From: Stramenopiles sp. TOSAG23-3
Lineage: Eukaryota
DNA length: 51,563 nucleotides
Reading direction: 5' to 3'
Assembly (NCBI GenBank): GCA_900128585.1
Contig: LT642162.1
Span: 1-51,563 of the forward strand
In this document: positions 1-12,400 of the stretch, piece after piece
Layout: every line of letters starts with the position of its first letter
Numbering within the stretch: the stretch's first letter is position 1
Program-made: the position numbers and the translations under genes
Notes under the pieces: model-generated
Databases searched by the model: none
Seen by the model: the letters and a program-made list of their open reading frames with translations, nothing else
Told to the model about the DNA's origin: nothing

Positions 1-422
1 TCTCCTCTGCTTGGATAATAGGGATAATTTCTTTCTGATTGATGATTGATTGATGATGATGGATTATTATTCTCTTTTCTTAATAAGGACAAAACGACGA
101 CACTTTTTCTTATCACAGCGCAATGGGTTATGTACTTCACTATTATTTATAAGTTATAAGTACCAGGTACCAAGTAGCATTAGCAGTAAACTTAAAAATC
201 AGAAGAATGAATTACTCCATTAAATATTTAAAAAAATAATAATAATTTGTTTTTTACAATAATATTGTTTAATTCATTTACTGTACAATTGTACAATGTA
301 CAACAAAAAACACACGCACAAGTAAAGCGATGGAAAACAAATTCCATTTCAGGAGTATGGTCATTAAAATTGACTCAACGTGTTCTTCTCCCTGCTTGCT
401 TTAGCCCCTCCTCAAAAAGAAA

Positions 423-3400
423 CTATACCAATGGGTTCGTTTCATAGCGAATGTTATTTATGTAGACCGCCTCCTCGCCCTCCTCCAAGCTACTGCACAC
501 TCGATCGTCCCCGCGAAAATATACACCAGTTACGTTTGCCAAAACTGTGCGAAACTGTTTGAACGTCACAGCATTCAAATCGTCAAAGTGAGACCATCCT
601 TGGTCCTCGCGGAAAGGAATAGAGTACGGCGACCAGCCAGAAGACGTCGGTGGCCCAAAGCCGACCATGGAATTTCCCAACGTCATTCCGTTTCCCCCTG
701 TCAAGTAAACCATGCCGTTCCGGGACCGCGCGTAACCCGCCGCGGCAGGGGCCATCATTTCAAACTGTAGACGGCCGTTGTACATGTATGATATATCTCC
801 AACAAATGCAGGCGGAGCCTTAAAATACCAAATATCGTCTTCTACGCACGGTGTTCGGACTGTTGCTGTATTCATCGGGGCGACACCGCCAATGCTTAAC
901 ACGCCCGCGTGAGCCCCACGTTGGACAGTTGAATATTTCTCCATAGATCCACTGGCACCATTTACGACTGAGGCATTGGGTGCCCCGTTCACAAACGTCG
1001 CTGCGGTAGTTCGCCAGTATATTTTTAATTGTAGATTCGACGCTCCCACAAATGGCCACCGAAGATCATCAAGAACCCCACTGGCTCCCAGTACTTCAGT
1101 GTATACTCGAATATTTTGCAACACTCCCGTAAAGCCTCGTTTCCAGCTCAAAAGGTCGCACGGGTACTGCTTGGGTCCGTCACAGTTTCCTACGATAGAG
1201 TTTCCAATCACCAGGGTCCCCTGTCGCTGCATCACATGATCTGTTCGGTACCCCCCTGAGTGGGAAAACTTGTTCGCTCCATCGACCCATAGCTGAACGG
1301 CACCAGTGTTAGACGCCCACGTTAGCGCAACATGGTGCCAGGTCCCATCGTTCACAGCGACACCTGTCTCCACCGTTGGATGGCGCCAGGTTAAATCTGA
1401 ATGGTCGGCCACAGCAAGGCGCAAAGCGCGTTGGTCGTACAGGGCAAACTCATAAAATGGTATCGTTGCCCCAGTCGTAGCATCCACTAAGCTGGTGTTC
1501 GTAGCATTAGACGGATAAAATGCAAGCAGGGTGCCCGCTGACTGCACGTCGGTAGTGCGTATCCACATGGACACTGTTATGTCGCTGTCCGGAAAGTCAT
1601 GTATGGCCCCAGCGGACGCAACATAGCCTGAACCGTTGAAGTCCATTGGCGCAGTGAACGTGGGGTCGGCAAAGACAGAGGGGTTTTCAGAATAGGAGGT
1701 CGTGGTGTTAGTGGCGTCGCACGGGATGTCACACTGCAAGATGATCGCTGATTCAACGGAGACCCCTGCCTCACATAGGGGCCGGGATGATAACCTGCCC
1801 ATAAACGCCTGGTCAACGCTGTAGAGGCCTTTGTCGTCTACCCAAACAGGGCTGTGGACTCCATTTCCAATAATTCCCCACCCTTGAAGATACGACAGAT
1901 AACCGCCTGTTGCATTAAAACTGCTCGCGACTGCCGTGGCACCGTCGCCGTAGTCGTACACTTTCAGGATGGTCTCCTTTTGGGATCCAAGGGCACTACT
2001 CCCGTACGTCAGGGCACCTTCGTTCGGCTGCAAGCTTAACTGGATCGACACAGTCTCGAACGTCTTCTCGTACGTCGCATCATCATTTAGGATGACAGAA
2101 ACCGTCTTGCTCGCTTCCCCTTCGGTAAAATTAACGACCAGTTCTATGTCTTCATAATCATACGTGTCTGTGCTGTTAGATGCACGCGGATTGGCCGTAA
2201 GTGCAATGCTTTTCACCCCAACCCTCACCACTCCAGCTGTGCCATGGTTTCGTACAACTGTAATATTGACAATTTCCTGATTCTCGACCACAACAGTCTC
2301 TTCCAGCATGAACGAGAAGAGTCCTGACGTTTGGAATTGTAGCACATTGATAGCAAACGCCGACTCATTTTGTGCGGCTACAACTTCCGGTAGGGTCGAA
2401 ATAGAAACAACAATAGGAAGAGGAAGAACGGTCTTCACCTTGTCAATCGTTTGAATGAGTATCATTGTGGGGGACGTGTTCAAGGGACTGTTCGGATCGG
2501 TAATTTGTTCCTCCAGAATCAGCGCAGCTTGCTCCGCCATTACCTCCGACCCGTCCAACGACGGTAAAATTGTGAAGTCAATGACGATGCTTCCTTGCGA
2601 AATAGAGTTTATTACGATTCTGCTTGGCGTGATTCCTAGTACCGAGGACAGGTCAGATTTAAAGCTCGTCTCAAACTCAATTCGTGCCGGTAACATTGGG
2701 TCAGTAAAAAATGTTGGGTCAGACGTTATTGTTGTCACATCAATATCAAGGGTAAGCGATAACTTCACTTCCAAAACACGCTGGTTGATGGCAACTTCTT
2801 CCGCTTCTGGTACCTTCTTTACCAACGGGATATCAGGGTAAGCCTTGAATGGCTCGTCCTGAAATTGGTAGCACAGTGATATGTCAGCAGCTTCCGAATC
2901 AAACACAAATGATGCCTTTCGTTCTGAAACTGTTCCTGGTGACGACCCTCCTGCCGGGATAGCGTCGCACCCAAAGCCAGATGGGACTAGTACAATGGTG
3001 TCTCCGTCCATGATACCTATACCGTCTACAAACATTGTGAGGGGAGCCCCCACCAAAGTATCAACGCTCGAGCCTTCCATTAAGGTTACGTTGTCGATGC
3101 GTTTGATTTGCATCGTGATGTGTCGAAATGGAACAAAGGGCCCATCGCCAAACTGGTAGCATAAGGTCAGCAAGTGCCCATCCAACAACGCATCATCAAA
3201 CGTGTACGTTGCGTAAGTACGAGGATCATCTCCCCCGACGACTTTGGTCTCCACATCGTTCATGCCCCCAAACCCCAAGGTATCACAGGAGTCGGTGCTT
3301 TTTACCCACTTTGTACGATCGCCAGTAGTAATTCCAAGCGACCCAGAAAATGTCACAGTCTTGTCTACACCTTGAACAGCCACATTTGCAGACGCATTGT

Positions 3401-6400
3401 CCATGCGCGGCAGAATTGGCAACATCGTTTGCCCGTAGTACAGATGGAAATCCTCACTGCCAAAGGCATAACACAGTCGCAGCCTAGTGCCTACGTACGC
3501 GGCGTCAACTGGCTGTAACGCCCCAGTGCCATCGTCGTACGGAACCGTGAACAAAAATTGGGCTACACCAATTGGTAATGTTGGGTTCCGGGTAACAAAT
3601 GCAATGTGGGTGCCTGGGGCGGGACCGTCATTGCAATTTATGTTGTCATAGGCTTGCAAATTTTGAAAACGATCGTCCCGTTCTACTCCAACGACCCATT
3701 TTATCCGATCTTTTACTAAAGGGTCGACTTCTCCAACATCTCCATAACGCGCATTGAAACCGGTAATGTGTGGACTAAAAACCGTTACACTAATATTAAC
3801 ATTAACAATGGAGTACTGCGATGTCGTTTCTTGGACGGACTTCGCATGAACGGACGTCTCTGCGCCATGGTACAACTTCAGCGGTTCAATGCCAAACCCG
3901 TAGCACAGCTTATGGGGCAGGTAAACCACAGAGGGTTGTGTGAAGTTCACAGTGAACGTCAAATCGTTCTGGACTTGGTCCCCCACAAAGTTGGTCCCAG
4001 GAATCATATTGTGCATATTTGTTGTTAAGTTGGGGGCTGTGTTACATTCCTCGTCCAATTGGGCGTTGAAGCGTGCCCAATTTACGCGGTCTCCAAATTT
4101 TGGACCGTAGCCAGTTACTTTGAATGGTTTTGTTTCACCAACAGATGCTTGACCGGAAACCCCCACTGTTGTTTTCAACACCTGGGTCAGGTGGTTTACG
4201 TAAACAAACACGTCAAACAGTTTCCACGGCTCGTCACCAAACATGTAACAAAGTTTATATGGCTGGGTGTGGTCTATCAACGGCGTGGTGAAAGCAATTG
4301 GGGCGCCACCAAAGAGCACTCTAAATGCCCCACCGTCGGTAACGCTGGGGCCAACAAGGTCCCCTCGAGCGTACTGGTCGCCAGAGCCACAATGTGACTT
4401 GGTTGTAAATGAGTATGGCACCCACTTTGCCGTGTCTAGCATTCCTGGCACCTTGTTAATCCCCGTTCCATTAAAGTACCACTTCTTAGTGTAGTTTACA
4501 ACAGCATGCTCATTTGAGCCCTTAAAGACTACTGTTTCCCCGATGTACCGGATGACAAACGATTTTGTAGGGTCTGTCATAGAAGTGTTTGTTCTGTTCA
4601 CTGGGTTCAGTGCAATATCCGTAAATGCACCGGCATCGACCTCAATTTGCAGTGCGTCATCAATGCCAGGCACATCAGTACCTTTTTGCTCCTCGGCGTG
4701 ACGGTAATCACCAACGTCCAGGGTGGCCCAGCGTTGGTAAGGCTCCAGTTTAATATGAAAGGTTGCATTATCATCCATGTCCAGTGTTGCGTTTTCTGAT
4801 ATGCGCATGTCCGTAATGTAACCCCCAAGCCAATCCACAATCCGGAACGCAGTAAAGTTGACACGAGACGTTGGTGTTAAATCAACGATTTCACTGCAAA
4901 CGAAAGATACAACGCCTGTCATGTAGTTGTATTCCACGCGGTGTAACACAGGCGGTGTGGTGTCCGGTACTTCTACGGCGGTGAGACTGGTGTTAGAAAT
5001 AGTATTTTGGGCAACATCCCGAAGTGCTCCTTCAACGACATCAAAAAGGGCCGCAATGTTGTCCCCTCCACTTTGGCCAGAAATCGCGATAGTGTTCGCA
5101 CGCTGCCGTTCTGTAAGCTGAAAAATTACCACCGGCTCGTCGCCATTAGGCATCAGAAGTTTCGTGTCGCTGGTAAATGGTACCGCTTTGTCCCCCGTAT
5201 TATTCGCAAAAAACATTCGGCCAAACAACATTTTGTCGCGTGGTGTGACATCGATTGTTTCGTCGGCAGTGACAGTTATTTTTCCATCGTTCAAGTCTAG
5301 AATCACGTGCGTAACATTCGGTTTCAAGTGATCGGCAAACTCGAGCACCTCCTGACCGCTTACAGCGCGCATGCGAAGCCCGCTGCGATCGGCGACAAAT
5401 CCATCCAAGATGCTCATAACTACCGAGATATTGTCGCCACCTGGTGTACCCGAAATGGCAATGATTTCGGTGCGTTGCTTTTCCGTTAAGGTCACATTAA
5501 GTTCATACTTTTCTATATTGGTTACAATTGCGCCAGTCAAAGAAATATCGTACGCTTCCGTGGCATTGTTCGAATTTCCAAAAAACGCCTTTGTCAAGTC
5601 TACATGGGAAGTGTTCAAGTCAATATACTCAGAGAATCGAAACGTCACCAAACCACAGCGAAGGAAACCACAACCCGCACCGCCTTCTCCAAGGTAGATT
5701 GTTGTGGCTACTAACGTCGGCGGCACGACATCAGGATGTTCCGTCAAATGTATGCTGGATTTGTTGTTGCCGTTTAAGAACAGATCCACAAACGTGTCAC
5801 TTTCAAAGCCTATTGCTGCAGCGGTACCATCGCCGCCTGGTACCCCCGAATACACAAGAAGTGCATTGCGCTGCTCTTCGTTTAAGTCAAACTTGAGAAT
5901 ATCCGTGTCCGCGATGTCTGAGACTATTGCTGCACCACCAAGTCCATCGAGAGCAAACAAGGGGGATGCAACAATGAGAGTGTCTGAAAACGCAAATGCG
6001 CCCACGTCTAACCTACTGATTGGGGTAATATCTAGGGTCTCGTCGAAGAAGAACTGGAGGTCTCCGGTGGAGTAGTTTAACGACACGATCGTGATTATCG
6101 GCGCGTCCCTATCAGGAATTTCCAACACTTCAAGCCCAGTCGCCGCAAGAATTTCGTTCTGACCAATGTCAATCAGTGCACCGGCAAGAACGTCTACCAC
6201 GGGGGTTGAACCATCGCCATTCGGGGAGAAAGATGATGTTCGTACTGCTGCTACCCGGGTACCCTCGTCAAGTGCAATGGTCACGTTGGTACCTTCTTCG
6301 CCAGTCACAGAAGAGCTTTTTCCATCTAACGGGATCGTCCTATTACCTGATGAGTTTGACAAAAACAGTTTCGCTAAGGCAACGTTAGATACTGGCGTGA

Positions 6401-9400
6401 TGTCCATGGTTTCTGTCATCATGAATGTGATCACCCCTAGGCTATAGTCCAGAATGACCCTTGATACGTTTGGTAAAATGTTGTCCGCAATTTCTGTGAC
6501 AGCAACGGCGATGGTTGCGTTGCTTGTTAGTTCCTCCAAATCTTTTAATGCTCCTTCCGGTAACGATAGGACAGTTGCGTTCCCGTCCCCGCCGGGGGTG
6601 CCAGACAGCCGCACGGCGTCGGCGCGTTGAGACTCCGTAAGAAGTATTGTGATTGTAAGCGTAAACTTGGGCTGAAAACTTGCTGGCTCTAAATCAACAT
6701 ACGCTACATTGAATAACTCTTCATCTGAAGCCCCAACGCTCGCATTCGAAAGCTTCGCTGAAGATAGGTTTAAAAATATATTGGGGTTCTCATTATCAAA
6801 TTGCATCATCGTATCACTCTCGATAGACTGGTGAACGGTCTTCAGCGTCTCCGAAGCCACCAAGTAAAGGGTCCCAGTTCCCAACTCGAGGCGAACGGAG
6901 ACTAAAAATGGTGGTACTGTGTCCCTTATTTCTGTTAAATTAACACTTGAAACAGCGTTCATTGGGTTCAACGCAAGGTCGTAAAGGGCGCCAACATCAT
7001 TCATAAACGTACTAGGTATACCATCCCCACTTTTCGTCCCAGAGTAAAATGTGGCCTGCAAACGTTGCGGTTCTGTTATTTTCAGCTTTAACGTCGTTTC
7101 AGAAGACTCAATAGGGACCGCACCCTCAAAGTTGAGGTCACGCGATCCCGTCGTATTTGAAACGTACAAAGCGCTCAGATTCAGTGTATAAAGTTTGTTC
7201 ACCGTCTCAGAACAGTCCAACAAGAGTGTTCCGTACCCAAAATCAATCGTTGCCGAAAGAAGAAACGGCTGTGTCGAGTCGGGAATTTCCGTTACAGACC
7301 TATTTCCTGACTGCAAGTTAGGGTTGGCACCTATGTCCAGAAATGCATTTGCATAGACGTCAATCAACAGAGCCGTGCCGTCTCCCCCAACAGTGGCGGA
7401 GCCACGCAACGCACCCGCCCTTTGTGTCTCCGTGAGTATCACAGTTACAGATTGAGAGTCATTTCTGTATATAAACGCACCTTGCAATGGTATCGTATCT
7501 TGGAGTGTGTTTTGAAGGAACAATTTACTTAAGTCAGCAATAGATGTTGGGGATGCAAGGTCAAGCGTTTCGCTGGCTGTTATTACCAGCGTCCCATCGT
7601 TCAGGTCCAGGACAGCACTGTCAATTGTTGGCGGTACTGTATCAGGTATTTCAATAACGGCTACGTCAAATTGCGCAGGGGCGGGATTTCCAGAATAGTC
7701 CAATATAGCGGCCGGAAACAAGTCCAACCGCGTCGGTGTCCCGTCGCCTCCGCCCGTGGCGGAGATCCGGGTTGCCTTGATACGTTGAAATTCCTGCATA
7801 TGGAGAATCGCAACCATACTGTCTAGTATACCCTCACCAATGACAGGACCCGCACTTCCTGTTGCCCCCACGAGTGACACGTCTGCACTCCCAGTCGTGT
7901 TCACTATGAACAATTTCGTAAAATTAATATTTGACATGGGTGTTATATCAACTGTTTCACGGAACTTTAAAGTAACCGTTCCGTACCCGAAATCAATTGT
8001 CACTGAGTCTAGTACGGGACCCACCGTATCGGGAATTTCTCTCAGTTGAATTCCGTCCAAAGTTAGACTTGGGCCAAAATTTTGTGCAACATCACGATAT
8101 GAACCGGGGGATAGGTCCACTAGCGCCGGTATCCCATCTCCACCGCTGACCCCAGCAATAGCAATTACTCTGATCCTTTGGATTTCGGTCATTTGAATTG
8201 TGACTTCTGAGCCGTCAACAGGTTTGGTTGCAGAACCATTTAAATTTATGTACTGAGAGCAATCAGTTGTGTAATAGCTCTTTGCGAACGTACGGATAAT
8301 TCCTGCCCCGTCTGTCCCACCTTGCGCAAAAGAGCTACCCGAAGCGTTTAGAGACGTTTTAACACATATAGAATAGTTTTGTGGAGTCGCAATGGCAAGC
8401 GGGCCAAATTGTAGCGCGGTTCCATTAAAAGAAATGTCAATCGGGCCTAAAGACGTTACGTCCACTTTGTTTGTGCTGTTCCCAGAGACATTAAACCCGT
8501 ATCCGACCGAAGTTAGAACATTTTCGCTGCATGAGCCATAGCCTTGAACAATTGCCACACGCGTCTGGTTCGTCAATCGAACTCCCCTCACCGTAATGTT
8601 GAAGGGAGAATCAGCCGTGACACCGTACCACTCGGTATTCTTGACAATAGGTACTAGTTGTACGTTGGTAACATTTGGTGTTGTTCCATTAATTATGCTA
8701 ATTTTACCTCCTTTCATATTTTTGTTCCCGTAATGCAGAACGTTAGGTGCTGTAAGCGGGACCTCAAAAATGGTAGTTACGTTAGAAACCTCCACCCCAG
8801 ATACGTAATACTCGGTCTGGTTATAATCGCTTTGGTTTAACGAACTATTGCTTAATGTGTTTGGAAACATAATTTCAAAATTGCCGAGGGCAGTTTGGGC
8901 AAAGCGGAACACATATCTATATCCTCGTACAAGAGTTATGTTTTGCTGCGCCACGCCATTGATAACAAAAACAAATTCCATATCTGCAGTAGTATTTCCC
9001 GTCGTGCCATTTGTGTTGTTCAGCGTTAAACCCGTGCCGTTCGTGCCATTGGTGCTCATCGTTTTACTCCCGACGCTAATCACGGAAACATTAAAATAAA
9101 CAGTTGTCCAATTTTTGGTTACGTTATAATCCGACGGAATTTCTGAAGACGTTTCCTCTGGCTCAGGTCGACGTGGAATAATTTCGGCAGGGTGAAAAAC
9201 TTCAAAACAAGCCGCGCTTGTAAAATTCTTGACAGCGATAAGAGAGCCCAGTAAATGCTCGGCGGGAGACGCCGCGATAATTTCGGACCCGCGAAATCTG
9301 ATTTCGCCTAAATTTAAATCGAGTGTTGCGTTTAGCATAGTTGGCACAAGTATGTCTGCGTGTTCAGTCAGCGTAACGTTGGGAATGGCCTTGTTTTCAA

Positions 9401-12400
9401 TTAAACCTAAATCATTCACGCCGCCGGCAAGGAGCTCGAACATCGTCGCTACCCCATCGCCTCCTGAGAGCCCCGAAAGTTTAATTGCCGCTGCCCTCTG
9501 TCTCTCTGTTAATGTGAACGAGACCGTAGCGGTTTCCGACGTTATCACTTCTGCGCCTACCAATGAAACCCCTTCGACATGATTGCCAAATATAGGTTGC
9601 GGGAATACTTTCTCTTGGAGATGAAACCCATTAAAAGGTATCGCATTGTCCCACGATACCAAACCACCCATAGAGTTTAACTTTTTGAATTCTAATTCAA
9701 AACTGTTTGTGATATTGTTATCATTTACAACAATGTCTGTAACGTATGCACTACCATCCACTGTTGCGCCGTAGGAGCCTATAAAATTGCTGGCAACCAG
9801 ACGTTTTGTCCATGACCCGTTGTAATCACTTAAATAAATGTCAAAACCAGTCTGAGATCTTGCACCATGATGAAATGAGTGCAACGTATAAATTCCTGAT
9901 TTTATACCAGAGACTTTAACAGTCATGGATCCTTCTTCATTTCGCAATGCAAAGCTTCCCAATAAATGTTGGAACTGCATATATTCTCCGCCGGATACTA
10001 AACGTGATGGTTCCAGAGTGGAAATACTCCTCACATACCGCATCCCAGTAAGCTCGACCTGCATTCCTGAGTACGAAGCGCTGCACACTGAGCAAGAAGG
10101 GTACGTAGTCGTATCCGCATAATCCTCCATTTCATTTGCATCCCAATCTAACACAAATGCATTAAACCCACTTTGCGCAGGATCGCTTTCAAAGCGCCGA
10201 AATGCTAGACCGACAAATTCATAGATTACCGGCTCGTAATTTGCCAAAAATGCTTTCGATAAATCAATCAGACCACCTCCAACACCGAGCGTCTCGCTAA
10301 ATTCAATAACCATCGTACCCGTAGTGTAATTTATAGCCCCGCTTATTGCTCTTGGAGCCACAATGTCAGGCAATTCATAAACAATCCCAACTGTTTCCAT
10401 TACCGGGTTAAGCCCCAGATCAAAAAACGAGTTATGTGCTAGTTCAAGTACAACGGGAGAACCATCTCCGCCTGGCGTACCGGCCATACGCTGTGCAGCG
10501 TTTCTAGTACTCTCCGAGAGTAAAATATTGATGACGGTAGCATCGGCAGCTGTGACAAATGAGTCATTCACATCGAACGTTTTGCTGGGCAGAATTGAAC
10601 CGGCATTGTCTGAAATATTTATAGTCTCCAAACGAATGTTTGCAAGTGGGACGAGGTCGATGGTTTCAGAAACGAACAGCGACAGCGTCCCTGTGCTATA
10701 ATTCAATGTAATGTTCTGAACAAATGGTGTCGATGTATCGTTTATTTCATCCAAAAGAAGGATGTTCGTGCCATTAAGTGGGTTTTGCGCAATATCTTTA
10801 AATAGTGCGGGATTACATTTAAAGAATACGTTCGTCCCATCGCCCCCTACCCGGGAGGAGATCCGGTATGCATTCACTCGCTCCTCTTCGGACAGCGTAA
10901 GGGTAACGACGGTAGAATCCACTTCATCAAACGTGGCACTATTCATTGCGGCAGACGTACCCGAACCATCGTGATTATCGACAAACCGGGCGTCTGGAAG
11001 ATTTACGTTGGTCTTCGGCGTCAAGTCAATGGTTTCGCTTGCTTTCAAGATGAGCCTTCCGTCCGAAAAGTTGATGCTCCCACTTTCTAGAAATGGTAGT
11101 ATATAATCGCGTGTTTCAACAAGTGTGTTGTTAAAGCTGTCATCGTTCAAATTTGAGCTTAAATCTACCACTGCTTTAGCCAGCATGTCGAATATTAAGG
11201 GCGATCCGTCTCCCCCCGGTGTAGCCGACATTGCAATTGCATTGACTCTCTGCAACTCCGTCAGTGTGATTGTGAATAGCGTAGTATCGACAGCTACAAT
11301 GGACGCACCGGACAAGGGCACCGCACTATCATTGGAAACATTCCCCAAAAACATTTTGTCCAAATCGGTAAATTCTATAGGTGTTCTATCGAGAGTTTCA
11401 GTCATTGCAACTCGCATTGTACCGTCCGCATAATTAATAGTTGCTGCACTGGACAATGCAGGTTTAATAACGTCCGACGTTTCGATGACGGGAAGGCCAT
11501 TAACAGCGATCAAGTTGTTCTCTGCCAAGTCTTTAAAAGCCCCCTCTCCGACATCCAACACAAGGGGGGTGCCATCTCCGATACTCTGCCCGGAATAATA
11601 CATCATTTGGACTCTTGAAACTTCTGGGATTTTTAATTCGAAGAAATCTAGTTCTGCGCGAAGTATTTCACTGCCGTCCAAGTTGACACTATTCGTGTCA
11701 TTTACCTTCAAACTTATATTTCTAAGAAATGCAAGATCGAACCGCTGTTTGGATGCTACAGTAGACAATGTTTCACTACTTTCGACCCTTAGTACACTGG
11801 TGCCGAAGTTAAATCTTGCTGCAAGTATAAACGGCTGCACTGTATCGGGGTGTTCTACTATCGGTATACCCGAAACAGGTTCATTGTCATTTATTGACAT
11901 ATCATGAAATGCACCCGCCTGCAGGTTCAAAACTGTAGGCGAACCATCACCGCCAGATGTACCAGATATTACAATCAGTGCCGCGCGCTGGACTTCTGTT
12001 AAATTAAAAGTTAGCGTTGTTGAACTGATGTTTCCAATTGCGGCTCCTACCAAACTAACGCCGACATCGTTATTATCGGCACTATTTGAAATGAATATCT
12101 TTGCAAGGTTTATTGGGTATGGGACACCAGGGTAGTTAAACTGTGTAAGCCTTCCCCCAACTTCCGCGTCTATGGTTTCTGACATGTTTAAAATCAAAAC
12201 TCCTTCCGACAATTTCAGTTCTGCGCCTGTTACAACAGGCGGTGTTATGTCCCCGATTTCCACCATTGACAGATTCAATGCCGCTATGTTAGGGTTTAAC
12301 CCCATATCTTGCATGCCGTTTTCCAGCACGTCCAGCGTTAGTGGTACCCCATCTCCTCCCGGAGTGGCAGTGTACTGGACTAGGTTGGCCCTGAGGGACT

